DNA of 64,000 nt from Nitrospirota bacterium (GTDB lineage Bacteria > Nitrospirota > Thermodesulfovibrionia > Thermodesulfovibrionales > UBA9159). How positions within the stretch are numbered: position 1 is the stretch's first letter; each line of letters opens with the position of its first letter. The stretch is taken from positions 32,001-96,000 of the forward strand of contig CAVOUE010000005.1 in the NCBI GenBank assembly GCA_963699545.1, read 5' to 3'. A program made the translations under genes and the position numbers. This document shows positions 29,475 through 39,066 of the stretch, piece after piece. The notes under the pieces were generated by a model, which was not told where the DNA came from, searched no databases, and worked only from the letters and a program-made list of their open reading frames with translations.

Positions 29475-31271
29475 GTGACCGCATTCATCCAAATCATTCC
29501 CGAGTGGTTCGAACTTGTGTCCCTGGCCTTCTGTATCGGCGCACTTGTATGCCTTCTCTGGGTCCTGAAGACTGCTGGACCCAACGGGTCTTCCGATCAG
29601 GGAACAATCTTTGTCTCTGTATGGCGCCTGTTCGGTATCTGTCTGTCGGTGATGGTCGTCAGCAGCATTGCGGAGTTGCTGATGCGTGCCGCCGAGATGA
29701 GCGGCCGGCCTGTTTCAGAGGTTTTTCCGGTTCTCGGCACAGTCATATTTCGTAGCCACGCCGGACGGGTGTGGCTTATCCGCATGGCAGCTGTCATGCT
29801 TTTGTTGATCTTGTTGAAGGCAGGGCGGACGTACCGTGATTCGCGGGGATTCCTGCTTCTCGTGCTGGGCCTCATGGCCCTTATATCCATGACCGAGAGC
29901 GCTTCAGGACATGCCTCGGATAAGGGAGATTTCAGTCTCCCCGAAATAATGGACTGGCTTCACCTGCTTGCCGCTTCTGTCTGGGGAGGGGGGCTTCTTG
30001 CCCTTTCCGCTTTTGTTCTGCCAGGACTGGTAATATCGGGTGATGAGGCTGCGCCTCTCATCGCCGGTGTTGCCCGCAGATTTTCAGCAATTGCGGGTGT
30101 GGCGGTAGGAATCGTCGCACTTACGTCACTTTACAATGCGTGGTCAAATGTCAACAGTCTTGAAGCGTTCTGGAAGGCGCCTTACGGCCGAATAGTTCTT
30201 ATAAAAATTGTCCTCTTCTTCCTTCTCCTGGGTCTCGGCGCGTTCAATCGGTACGTCAACGTTCCTCTCTTGCAGGAGTGGGCGGGCATTTCTCTGAATG
30301 GGCGGGGAATTATTGGCCGCGTTGCAGCCCAATTGAGGACGCGTTTCTTGCCCAATAAAAGCGGCCCTGACATTGCGTTGCGCTTCAAGAGAAGTGTAAG
30401 GCTTGAGGCGCTCCTTATCATAGGGGTCCTGCTTTGTGCCGGCCTTCTCCGCCATCAGGTCCCGGCCCGTCATTTCTTGCACCTGCAACATATGGCAGCC
30501 CGGCAGGCGGCCCCCCCGCCAGAACCGGTTGTAAGCCTCGAAACTTATCCGGACAAGATTACTGCAGGGGTTCCGGTGGGGATAACGGTTCGTATCACGG
30601 ATCCGGAGGGAAAGCATCTTGGAGGGCTTCAGGTTATGCACGAACGGATCCTCCATGCCATCATCATCGGCAAGGATCTGAACGTATTTGCGCATATCCA
30701 TCCTGAGGACTTCGGACGGGTTACCGATGAGATGATGAAGGAGGCAACGTTTCCCTTGCGATTCACTTTCCCAAAGGCCGGACAGTACCTCGTTGGGATC
30801 GACTTTGCTGCATCTGATGAGGCTTACAGTAAGTCGTTTCCTCTGAGTGTTTCCGGGGAGCCGGCAATGGGAGAGCCGAAGATGGATCTCTCACGAGAGA
30901 AGGATGTCGGTGAATACAGGATCACTCTGACGATTTTTCCGGACAGCGTCCAGGCAGGCGAGGAGACAACGCTCAGATATGTCATCGAAAAGAACGGGCG
31001 AGCGGTAACAGACCTCAAGCCTTACCTGGGCGCGGCCATGCACCTGGCTGTCGTGTCTACCGACCTCAGCCTTTTTATCCACGCTCACGGGGCCACACCA
31101 GGGGAGCCTCGTGCTCACCACGACCATATGCACGCCAATCCCCCGAAAAGGTTCGGCCCTGAGATAGATGCCGATATTGTCTTTCCCGGCAAGGGGATCT
31201 ATAAGATCTTCAGCCAGGTGAAACACGGGGAAAAGGTCCTTCTTTTTGATTTTATGGTGAATGTCCAATAG
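29475..31271 (+). CDS. copD: CopD-family copper transport protein fused to two His-rich periplasmic domains
   Basis: SGHA, HLLAASVWGGG, RRFS, YGRIVLIK; C-terminal HIHP...FPKAG and HAHG...FPGKG domains. Confidence 0.85.
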   Translation: MTAFIQIIPEWFELVSLAFCIGALVCLLWVLKTAGPNGSSDQGTIFVSVWRLFGICLSVMVVSSIAELLMRAAEMSGRPVSEVFPVLGTVIFRSHAGRVWLIRMAAVMLLLILLKAGRTYRDSRGFLLLVLGLMALISMTESASGHASDKGDFSLPEIMDWLHLLAASVWGGGLLALSAFVLPGLVISGDEAAPLIAGVARRFSAIAGVAVGIVALTSLYNAWSNVNSLEAFWKAPYGRIVLIKIVLFFLLLGLGAFNRYVNVPLLQEWAGISLNGRGIIGRVAAQLRTRFLPNKSGPDIALRFKRSVRLEALLIIGVLLCAGLLRHQVPARHFLHLQHMAARQAAPPPEPVVSLETYPDKITAGVPVGITVRITDPEGKHLGGLQVMHERILHAIIIGKDLNVFAHIHPEDFGRVTDEMMKEATFPLRFTFPKAGQYLVGIDFAASDEAYSKSFPLSVSGEPAMGEPKMDLSREKDVGEYRITLTIFPDSVQAGEETTLRYVIEKNGRAVTDLKPYLGAAMHLAVVSTDLSLFIHAHGATPGEPRAHHDHMHANPPKRFGPEIDADIVFPGKGIYKIFSQVKHGEKVLLFDFMVNVQ

Positions 31272-31451
31272 TTGCGGCTTTCCAGAGGACAACAGGCAAT
31301 TTCCGGCACTTCTCGGCAGGTACGGTGCCTGGGAAAGAAAAGACATTGACCGCGTGTTCATAATTTATTCAAATTTGCCGTGTACGCTAGCCGGGATTGT
31401 ACAAGGTTGGTTCAGATAACGGCATATCATAATAAATAAGGTACGAAAAGA

Positions 31452-32912
31452 ATGAAGCCAGGGTTCAGGAAGACCATACTGCATATGGTCGTGGCGCTTT
31501 TCCTGCTGATGACAGGAGGAGCCATGTCTCAAACGAAGAATAAGACGACGCTCTATTTTTTCTGGGGGAATGGCTGTCCTCATTGCAATAAGGAAAAAAT
31601 ATTCCTCGGGCATCTCGGGGGAAAATACCCTGAGCTCGAAGTCAAGTCCTATGAGGTGTGGTATGACCTGGAAAATGCAGGGCTCTTTGCGCAGATATCA
31701 AAGGCGTATGGGAAGAAGATCGAAGGGGTCCCCATGGTGTTCATCGGCAACTTCGATCCGGTGGTCGGCTACATCAGCGACGAAGTCACAGGAAAAGTGC
31801 TGGAAGAGAAGATACTCTATTGCATAGAGAACGGCTGTGCTGATCCCTTTGACAGGATACGGAGAACTGCCGAAGAAAAAGAGGAGCTGAAAGGCGAGGC
31901 GCGTAAACCGGCTGAAGTAAAGCAGCAACCGAAAGGACCGGTGCCTGACATGGCCTCGAAAAAAGAAGAAAAGGCGAAGGAGAAAATCCCTCAGAAAGAA
32001 AAGCCCCCGATAGAGGAAGAGCTATTGAGGGCGGCACCTTCAGCCGGGAAAGCGGAGCTGTCTCCTGAGGACGCCGACATCGTACTGCCGCTGCTTGGTG
32101 CGATCGATACCTCGAAAACTTCGTTGCCGATCCTGACCGTTGTCATTGCCGGGATGGATGGCTTTAACCCCTGTGCATTCTTTGTCCTTTTCCTGCTTCT
32201 CAGCATCCTCATCTACGCACGATCGAGAAAGATAATGCTCCTGATAGGGGGGACCTTTGTCTTCTTTTCGGGATTTATCTATTTTCTGTTTATGGCTGCA
32301 TGGCTCAATCTTTTTCTTCTCTTTGGCCAGCTCAAGATCATCACGGTTGTTGCCGGCGCAACAGCTGTTCTTATTGCGCTCATAAATATAAAGGATTTCT
32401 TCTTCTTCAAAACAGGGGTATCATTAACCATCCCTGAAGCGGCAAAGCCAAAACTCTTTGAGCGCACCAGGGGGTTGCTGAAGAAAAGTTCGCTCGCCTC
32501 GATGATGTTCGGGACCGTCGTGCTTGCAATGGCTGCAAATTCGTATGAACTCCTCTGCACGGCAGGTTTTCCCATGGTCTACACAAGAGCCCTCACATTG
32601 CATCACCTTCCAACGTTCCAGTATTACCTTTATCTCCTGTTCTACAACGTAGTTTATGTCATCCCGCTGGCCGCTATTGTGGTGACCGTCTCGATAACCC
32701 TGGGAACAAAAAAAATGACCGAATGGCGCGGACAGGTCCTAAAGCTCGTCTCCGGTATCATGATGTTCTATCTCGGGCTTGTGCTGTTGGTCAGACCCTC
32801 TCTCTTGAGCAACATCCTTATATCGGCTGGTCTGCTTGTCCTGTCTCTGGTTACCACAGGCATTATCGTATTGGCAACGAAACACATAAGGAAAGGGAAA
32901 GCGGTTTCGTAA
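31452..32912 (+). CDS. Glutaredoxin-like domain fused to a DsbD/CcdA-like membrane domain
   Basis: CPHC; membrane Cys pair DGFNPCAF and ELLCTAGFP. Confidence 0.8.
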   Translation: MKPGFRKTILHMVVALFLLMTGGAMSQTKNKTTLYFFWGNGCPHCNKEKIFLGHLGGKYPELEVKSYEVWYDLENAGLFAQISKAYGKKIEGVPMVFIGNFDPVVGYISDEVTGKVLEEKILYCIENGCADPFDRIRRTAEEKEELKGEARKPAEVKQQPKGPVPDMASKKEEKAKEKIPQKEKPPIEEELLRAAPSAGKAELSPEDADIVLPLLGAIDTSKTSLPILTVVIAGMDGFNPCAFFVLFLLLSILIYARSRKIMLLIGGTFVFFSGFIYFLFMAAWLNLFLLFGQLKIITVVAGATAVLIALINIKDFFFFKTGVSLTIPEAAKPKLFERTRGLLKKSSLASMMFGTVVLAMAANSYELLCTAGFPMVYTRALTLHHLPTFQYYLYLLFYNVVYVIPLAAIVVTVSITLGTKKMTEWRGQVLKLVSGIMMFYLGLVLLVRPSLLSNILISAGLLVLSLVTTGIIVLATKHIRKGKAVS

Positions 32913-33027
32913 GGATTGCGTTCGCTCCGTTCACTTGCCGGGTTACCTTTTTCCGGATCCTCCGTCAGAGTGAAATTGACATTTTCTGCCTTGCTGGTAC
33001 ACTTTAAGCATAGCTAACAGGAGGTGA

Positions 33028-33546
33028 GTGATGAGAGCAATCTTGACAGGTGTTTTGACAGTCAGCATGGTCATCGGCTTTGCGTTTATTGCATACGGGA
33101 TCCATGAGACCGTTCCGGCTGAGTCGCAGGTTGCGGAGCCTGGGCCGGATGCCGCACAACTGAATGTATACATTATCAAGTCCAAGCCCTACACTTCGTG
33201 GCAATTGTGGCCGGGGAAGGGCAAGCTCTATCCCGGAAAGGAGCCCCATGGTTCCCTGCTCACCACCTATGTGAATGAAACTGCCTATTATTCTGTCAAA
33301 GGCAGGAAGGGAATGGCTGATGGCTCCATCATCGTGAAGGAGAATTACACTGCGGACAAGAAGTTGGCTGCCCTCACCGTGATGTATAAAATAAAAGGGT
33401 ATAATCCGGCCGGGGGCGACTGGTTCTGGGCAAAGTATGGACTGGACGGTAAGGCCGTTGCCTCGGGCAAAGTGGAGGCATGTCTGAAATGCCATGGCGA
33501 GAAGAAGGGGAATGATTTCATCCGGACAGGGGAAGTGAAGAAGTGA
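33028..33546 (+). CDS. Cytochrome P460 family protein
   Basis: DGSIIVKENY, TVMYK, GGDWFWAKY, C-terminal CLKCH. Confidence 0.85.
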   Translation: MMRAILTGVLTVSMVIGFAFIAYGIHETVPAESQVAEPGPDAAQLNVYIIKSKPYTSWQLWPGKGKLYPGKEPHGSLLTTYVNETAYYSVKGRKGMADGSIIVKENYTADKKLAALTVMYKIKGYNPAGGDWFWAKYGLDGKAVASGKVEACLKCHGEKKGNDFIRTGEVKK

Positions 33547-34055
33547 TAAAGGCGCTGATCATCTCCGCAGACAACTTTGAGGACACAGAACTCCTTGTCC
33601 CCTACTACAGGTTCAAGGAAGAGGGGATAGGCGTGGATGTGGTCTCATTGAAACAGGGCACCATCAGGGGAAAGCACGGCTACGAGGTCGATATTGATAA
33701 GACGCTGAGGGAGGTGAACCCTGATGAGTATGACCTTCTGTTCTTTCCCGGGGGAAGGGCTCCTGAGAGCATTAGGAAGGAAAAGGAAGCCCTCGAGATC
33801 GCAAGGGCGTTCTTCAAGAAGAACAAGCCTGTGGCTGCTATCTGCCATGGCCCGCTGATATTGATCTCTGCGGGCCTCTTGAAGGGCAGGCATGCTACGT
33901 GCTATGGAAGTGTGGCCGCTGAGTTAAAGGAGGCGGGGGCTATCTATGAGGATAAGGAGGTCGTGGTAGACGGTAACCTTGTCACTTCAAGGCAGCCTGC
34001 TGACCTTCCTGCTTTTGTAAGGGAAGTATTGAAGATGGGTAGAAGGGGGAAGTGA
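33543..34055 (+). CDS. pfpI: PfpI/DJ-1 family protein (type 1 glutamine amidotransferase-like)
   Basis: FEDTEL, PGGRAPE, AAICHGP, VVDGNLVTSRQPADL. Confidence 0.92.
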   Translation: MIKALIISADNFEDTELLVPYYRFKEEGIGVDVVSLKQGTIRGKHGYEVDIDKTLREVNPDEYDLLFFPGGRAPESIRKEKEALEIARAFFKKNKPVAAICHGPLILISAGLLKGRHATCYGSVAAELKEAGAIYEDKEVVVDGNLVTSRQPADLPAFVREVLKMGRRGK

Positions 34056-34098
34056 TTTGAAGAGCGATGGTGAGGTAGTTTGGCGGTGTTGATAGATA

Positions 34099-34126
34099 AC
34101 TTTACATAATATTACAATCGACGGAC
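34099..34126 (-). repeat. Degenerate dif copy (XerD arm and core intact, XerC arm degenerate)
   Basis: ACTTTACATAA-TATTAC identical to 35854-35870, then AATCGACGGAC. Confidence 0.75.
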
Positions 34127-34248
34127 ACTCCTCAATAACAGCAAAAATCAGCTTTTTCCGCGAATATCAATCAATTCTCTCTTCCTATCGCACTACAGCT
34201 CTTATTTCCTCTCGCTTACAGTTAAGGAGTACACCGACTGATCCGAGC

Positions 34249-34845
34249 TCAGCGTCCTGGCAGCCGCGCCCGCTCCGCTGCGGCTTCAGCAATGGGCAGC
34301 AAACCTTCCATCGCCGTGACGATCTCCTGAATGTCGAACGCCTCGCTTCTGAACCGGTAGGTCTTCGTAACCGGGTCATACCATCGCATGACATCATTCG
34401 GATCGATGCCGCCGAGTGCGCCAACGGGACCGATGTTGTCCTGTGCGAAATTGTGATGAGTGCTTGAGTCTCGCCAGTCATCAAGCCGCTCATCGAAGTG
34501 CTCAAGATGATCGCGGAGCCTGCGGCTCTTGAGCGGATACGAGTCAGCCGGCAAGTCCAAGAACTGTCGCAACTCACGAGCGCGTTCTGCCCGAGCCTTC
34601 GCCGCAGCCCCTTGTCCCTCTGACGGCCAAAGCAGCCTTGACACGTTGCTAGCGTGAGTCAGCAGACTGTGCAGGGCACGGAACACCTCGGAGTGCGCAA
34701 ACCGCCGCCGCGCCCGTTCCTCGACAGTTGCCGGAGGCTTTCCGAGGTCGGCGAGAGCCCGATTTAATTGCAAAGCCGCGGCGAGTCCGAAACGACACTG
34801 CGTCGCCACTTCACTGAGGTAGATGCTGGTCATGAACCCGTTCAC
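34249..34845 (-). CDS. Hypothetical protein (GC-rich cargo)
   Basis: 198-aa ORF with RxxRDHLEH (HEPN-like R-x4-H spacing); visibly GC-richer than its flanks. Confidence 0.7.
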   Translation of the reverse strand: MNGFMTSIYLSEVATQCRFGLAAALQLNRALADLGKPPATVEERARRRFAHSEVFRALHSLLTHASNVSRLLWPSEGQGAAAKARAERARELRQFLDLPADSYPLKSRRLRDHLEHFDERLDDWRDSSTHHNFAQDNIGPVGALGGIDPNDVMRWYDPVTKTYRFRSEAFDIQEIVTAMEGLLPIAEAAAERARLPGR

Positions 34846-35168
34846 TGTGACCCAGGTCGAATGGCTAACATTCTTGTCTATGGGTATTCAACATTATTCT
34901 GAGATTATAGAAGGCGAGGAGTAATAGGGTCAAGAAAAATGAGCCACTCTCAGGACGCAACTGTCCTATTCAAGCTTTATGTCTTTCCCGCTCTTGGGAG
35001 TCCTCGACTACCAGCGGTAAGAGGTAAGGTCAGCGTGAAGCCTTCCAGACCCCGCATACAGCCCCACGTGCGCGGAATGAAGGTCTTTTGCGCACGTCCG
35101 AGGCTTCAGGCTTTCCAGCCTCAGTGCCTCGTTACTGTTGTCTATGTTACCACAGTTGGCAAAAGTTT

Positions 35169-35843
35169 TCATCGGTGGTCCCCACTTCTTTCTAGAACTG
35201 CGGCGGAGGGGGCAGGGGTAGTACCTCTGTATGGCTGGTAGGCACCACGAGGCCGAGCATGACTCACGTCATTTGCTCCGGCCTCCTTGGTGCGAGCCGC
35301 ACCCTGCGGGCTTTGCTTCTGCTCGAACTCGGTAATGTGACAATCCACGGGGAACAGCCTCTTTGTCTCATCCTTCTCGTATTTCCGGTCGTCAACTCGC
35401 AGATCGCAGGGTGACTCCATTCTGTTTAAGGAAGGGTGAGCTGAACCACACGGCTTTTCCAAGGTCGAATAGTAGACTCCATCCAAGAGGCCGTCAATTT
35501 CGTACCCTCGATTTTCCAGCTCCTCGACAATCTCTCGGTCACTTACCCGTAAACGCTTAAAGACCCGCAGACCCTTTGAGCGAAGATAGTCAGCCAGGCC
35601 GTGCTCACCAACACAGCACAATAGGCGGCTCATTTCGCTTTCAGCAGAGGGACGAACAGGGGGAGGGTATTTTTTATTGAGCACCCGGAGAATCATACCA
35701 ATAGCATGAGTACCGAGACCATGACCCTCTAAAGTCGTGCGGAAAGTGTTCCGAGAAACAGAGGCAAGAAGGGCGCCGTGGACGTAAATCTCATAGACTG
35801 CGGGTGATACCTCGGTTATGCTGTATTTGCGGTTCACACCCAA
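35169..35843 (-). CDS. Hypothetical protein (element cargo)
   Basis: 224-aa ORF with TTG start only 10 nt from dif; no recognised family. Confidence 0.45.
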   Translation of the reverse strand: MGVNRKYSITEVSPAVYEIYVHGALLASVSRNTFRTTLEGHGLGTHAIGMILRVLNKKYPPPVRPSAESEMSRLLCCVGEHGLADYLRSKGLRVFKRLRVSDREIVEELENRGYEIDGLLDGVYYSTLEKPCGSAHPSLNRMESPCDLRVDDRKYEKDETKRLFPVDCHITEFEQKQSPQGAARTKEAGANDVSHARPRGAYQPYRGTTPAPSAAVLERSGDHR

Positions 35844-35853
35844 ATGTTAGCAA

Positions 35854-35881
35854 ACTTTACATAATATTACTTATCGGACAT
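35854..35881 (-). other. dif: Chromosomal dif site (XerC/XerD)
   Basis: Minus strand ATGTCCGATAA-GTAATA-TTATGTAAAGT: 11-6-11 layout; right arm resembles E. coli XerD arm TTATGTTAAAT; intergenic. Confidence 0.85.
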
Positions 35882-36012
35882 ATGATATACACAGGGAATG
35901 TTAAGAAAATGTTACAAGTCGGCTCCGGAACTCTCCGGGCCCTATGTTGACAAAGGGTTGTACGTAAGTGAACAGGAATTAGGCAAAACAAGATATCTTC
36001 ATATACAAAGGC

Positions 36013-37254
36013 TTACACGTCCCCAATGGGACGCCCGATGAGTACATCGTCATCAACGCGAGCTATCCTTACAGGGACAATGCCCTTCGGGATGGGGTCG
36101 GCCACTGAGGCCTGCACCTTCAGGTAATTCCCCGCTGTTCCCACGACGGTATCATGAGAGAGTCTCTCTTCCACTAGAACATCAAGCGTTCTGCCGATTT
36201 GGCTCCGCATGTACCCCGTCTTCTTCCGCTTTCCAAGCGCCCTCAGGAAGCTGCATCTCTTCTTTACGGTAGCGGAATCAGCAGAACCCGGCATTGCAAA
36301 GGCCGCCGTCCCCCTCCGGGGAGAAAAAGGAAAAACATGTATATACGTCAAAGGCAAAGATTCCAGGAAGTTAAGGGTATTCTTGAATTCCAGTTCACCC
36401 TCACCCGGAAAACCGGCGATGATATCCGTTCCGATGGCTACGTCGGGAACTCGTTCAGCTATCTCTGTTACCGCATTGAAGAATGCTGCGGCCGTATAAT
36501 GCCTGTTCATAAGGTCAAGTATCCTGTCATCCCCGCTCTGGAGCGGTATGTGGAGGTGACCGCAGACCCTTTTCTCACTCATTAGGTCAAGGAGTTGCCC
36601 GTTGATCTCACGAATTTCGAGGGAACTGAGCCTCACCCTCATGATTCTCGTGTTTGTTAGGATAGTTGTAAGCAGGTCAGCAAGTTGTACTTTAGGAGTC
36701 AGATCATAACCATAGGTTCCTAAATGAATGCCAGTCAGAACAACTTCATTAAAAGTATCGGATATTGCGTTTATGTGCTCAACAACCCGTTCCACAGGAA
36801 TGCTCCTTGATCTCCCCCTTGCCTTTGGGATGATGCAGTAACTGCAGGTCGAATTGCAGCCGTCCTGTACTTTAAGAAAGAACCTGCTTTTTGAAGATGC
36901 ATTAAAACATAAAGTAGAAGATGACATATCTGAACCTAAGAGTCCTGCGATACTGCCTTTTTTATCTACGTCAACAACCTCCACTACTCCTTCCATGCCC
37001 TGTACAAGGGCCTTATTCAGCTCCGAATAGCATCCTGTCACTACGACCCTGCAACCGGCCCTGGCGGCCCGTCTGATGATTTGTCTTGATTGGTAGTCGC
37101 TTTTTGAAGTGACCGAGCAGGTGTTGATTACGCAATAGTCAGGTCTTTCTTCCAACCTCACAATGTCGCATCCCCTGGCACGAAGGCCTGTTTCAATGAT
37201 AAAGCTCTCTGACTGGTTCGCTTTACATCCCAGGGTCAGAACCGAGACCTTCAT
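36013..37254 (-). CDS. mtaB: tRNA t6A37 methylthiotransferase MtaB
   Basis: TLGCKANQSES, INTCSVT, KVQDGCNSTCSYCIIP, LTGIHLG, HVFPFSPR. Confidence 0.93.
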   Translation of the reverse strand: MKVSVLTLGCKANQSESFIIETGLRARGCDIVRLEERPDYCVINTCSVTSKSDYQSRQIIRRAARAGCRVVVTGCYSELNKALVQGMEGVVEVVDVDKKGSIAGLLGSDMSSSTLCFNASSKSRFFLKVQDGCNSTCSYCIIPKARGRSRSIPVERVVEHINAISDTFNEVVLTGIHLGTYGYDLTPKVQLADLLTTILTNTRIMRVRLSSLEIREINGQLLDLMSEKRVCGHLHIPLQSGDDRILDLMNRHYTAAAFFNAVTEIAERVPDVAIGTDIIAGFPGEGELEFKNTLNFLESLPLTYIHVFPFSPRRGTAAFAMPGSADSATVKKRCSFLRALGKRKKTGYMRSQIGRTLDVLVEERLSHDTVVGTAGNYLKVQASVADPIPKGIVPVRIARVDDDVLIGRPIGDV

Positions 37255-38543
37255 ACAACCTCCCCATCCAGGGAGTGCTTTCTTGCCTTAACTATGCGTA
37301 CGGCAATTACATGATCAATGCAGGAATCTTCTCCTTTGAAATTCACGATCTTGTTCGACCTCGTCCTTCCCGTGAGCCTTCTCCTGTCGGTCTTACTGAA
37401 GCCTTCCACAAGTATTTCCTGAAGGGAGCCTTCGAGGGTCTTATTTATCATCAGAGTGATGCGGTCCTGAACTTCCAGTATTTCGGTTATTCTCTCCGAC
37501 TTCACTTCATCAGCCACCTGGCCCTCCATGGCAGCAGCCTTTGTTCCACCGCGCGGTGAATACTTGAACGCAAATAACCCGTCAAATTCCATGTGCTCCA
37601 ACGCCTCCATGGTCATTCTGTGATCCTCATCCGTCTCTCCGGGAAATCCGGTAATGATGTCGGTGGTTATGGAGATTCCGGGCACGGTGCTCCTCAGCCT
37701 CCTGACCTTTCTGAGGTACTCTTCGCTGGAATACCCGCGGTTCATCAGCCCTAGTATCCTGCTTGAGCCCGACTGGAGCGGCAGGTGCAGATGCTCACAG
37801 ACCTTGGGGAATCTTTGAACGGCCGATATCAGCCTTTCAGACAGATCCCTTGGGTGCGAGGTTACGAACCTGATCCGCTCTACCCCCTGGATGGCATCTA
37901 TTTTTTCAAGGAGTCCCGCAAAATCAAGGTCGCTTCTGTAGGAGTTGACGTTCTGGCCAAGGAGGGTTACCTCCTTGTAGCCCTGCCCGGCAAGCGCCCC
38001 TATCTCCACGAGGATTTTTTCTGACGGTCTGCTCCTCTCCCTCCCCCTTGTATATGGCACTATGCAGTAGCTGCAGAAATTGTTGCAGCCGTACATGATG
38101 GATACCCACGCCCTGCTCCCGGCCCCTCTTGCGACGGGAAGATCCTCGCCGGCTATGTCCGGATTATCACCGGTGGCAACTGAAACGGCATCGGCACTGA
38201 GCAATTTATTGAGAAGATGGATGTTCTGTGGTCCGAAAACAAAGTCAACATAGGGAGCCCTCCTGAATATCCTTTTGCCCTGCTGCTGTGCGATACACCC
38301 GGCAACCGCGATTCTGAGACGGGGGTTTTTCTTCTTCAGCTTCTGTAAGCGTCCCAGCTCGGTGAAAAATTTCTGTTCCGCCTTTTGACGTATGCTGCAG
38401 GTGTTAAAGATGACAAGGTCGGAATCCCCGGGACTGTCGGCAGGGCTGTATCCCTCACGGCAGAGAACACCCGACATCTTTTCGGAGTCGTGCACATTCA
38501 TCTGGCAGCCAAAGGTCTCGATAAAGAATCTTTTTCCTGACAT
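37251..38543 (-). CDS. miaB: tRNA i6A37 methylthiotransferase MiaB
   Basis: TFGCQMNVHDSE, NTCSIR, GCNNFCSYCIVPYTRGRE, RFVTSHP, TRAM domain. Confidence 0.95.
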   Translation of the reverse strand: MSGKRFFIETFGCQMNVHDSEKMSGVLCREGYSPADSPGDSDLVIFNTCSIRQKAEQKFFTELGRLQKLKKKNPRLRIAVAGCIAQQQGKRIFRRAPYVDFVFGPQNIHLLNKLLSADAVSVATGDNPDIAGEDLPVARGAGSRAWVSIMYGCNNFCSYCIVPYTRGRERSRPSEKILVEIGALAGQGYKEVTLLGQNVNSYRSDLDFAGLLEKIDAIQGVERIRFVTSHPRDLSERLISAVQRFPKVCEHLHLPLQSGSSRILGLMNRGYSSEEYLRKVRRLRSTVPGISITTDIITGFPGETDEDHRMTMEALEHMEFDGLFAFKYSPRGGTKAAAMEGQVADEVKSERITEILEVQDRITLMINKTLEGSLQEILVEGFSKTDRRRLTGRTRSNKIVNFKGEDSCIDHVIAVRIVKARKHSLDGEVV

Positions 38544-38617
38544 CCTTAAAAATACCATTAATCTTTTTTGTGAAGCAAGCAGGGCGGGGAGAACTACGAC
38601 TCTTTTCATCCGTGGAA

Positions 38618-38648
38618 CAAAAAAGGCGCCTTGTGCCGGCGCCTCTGA
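38618..38648 (-). terminator. Intrinsic terminator after the bactofilin gene
   Basis: AGGCGCC-ggcacaa-GGCGCCT-type stem followed by a T-run on the minus strand. Confidence 0.65.
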
Positions 38649-38683
38649 TCAGCGTTCACGATCCCGAAAAGAAATCCCGGCTG

Positions 38684-39064
38684 TTATCCTGCCTTTTCCT
38701 TCTTGGGAAGTTCCACTACATTGGAGGAGCCTTCTCTGTTCATGGAAGTGCGTCCCTCCAGGATACCCCCTTCTGACACCACGAGTTTTGGTGTAGTTAC
38801 ATCTCCAACAACCTGCCCTTTGGATTTAATCTCCAGAATTTCTTTTGCCGAGAGAGTACCCTCTATCCTCCCTCCCACGATAATGCCCCGGGCTGACACA
38901 TCGCCTTTGAGAGCCGCCTTTTCCCCAAGGACAAGCCAGTCCGCATCCACATTGCCTTCCACTGATCCGTCTATTCTGAGAGTTCCCCTGGATTTGATGT
39001 CTCCCTTGAATTGGCTGTTCACGCCGACAAAGGACTCGAGCTTTTCGGTGTTTTTTGAAAACAT
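38684..39064 (-). CDS. Bactofilin (polymer-forming cytoskeletal protein)
   Basis: LRIDGSVEG, GRIEG, VVGDV beta-helix repeats; follows an M23 peptidase gene. Confidence 0.92.
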   Translation of the reverse strand: MFSKNTEKLESFVGVNSQFKGDIKSRGTLRIDGSVEGNVDADWLVLGEKAALKGDVSARGIIVGGRIEGTLSAKEILEIKSKGQVVGDVTTPKLVVSEGGILEGRTSMNREGSSNVVELPKKEKAG

Positions 39065-39066
39065 GA

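Larger units (their letters stand above)
34099..35881. mobile_element. Small element integrated at dif (IMEX-like remnant)
   Basis: Bounded by directly repeated dif/dif-like sites; two orphan ORFs; no integrase of its own. Confidence 0.6.

Noticed and set aside
34200-34870. Integron gene cassette around the 34249-34845 ORF (GTTAGCC just upstream on the minus strand)
   Set aside because: No matching inverse core or attC palindrome downstream and no intI in the window; a cassette origin cannot be excluded but is unsupported
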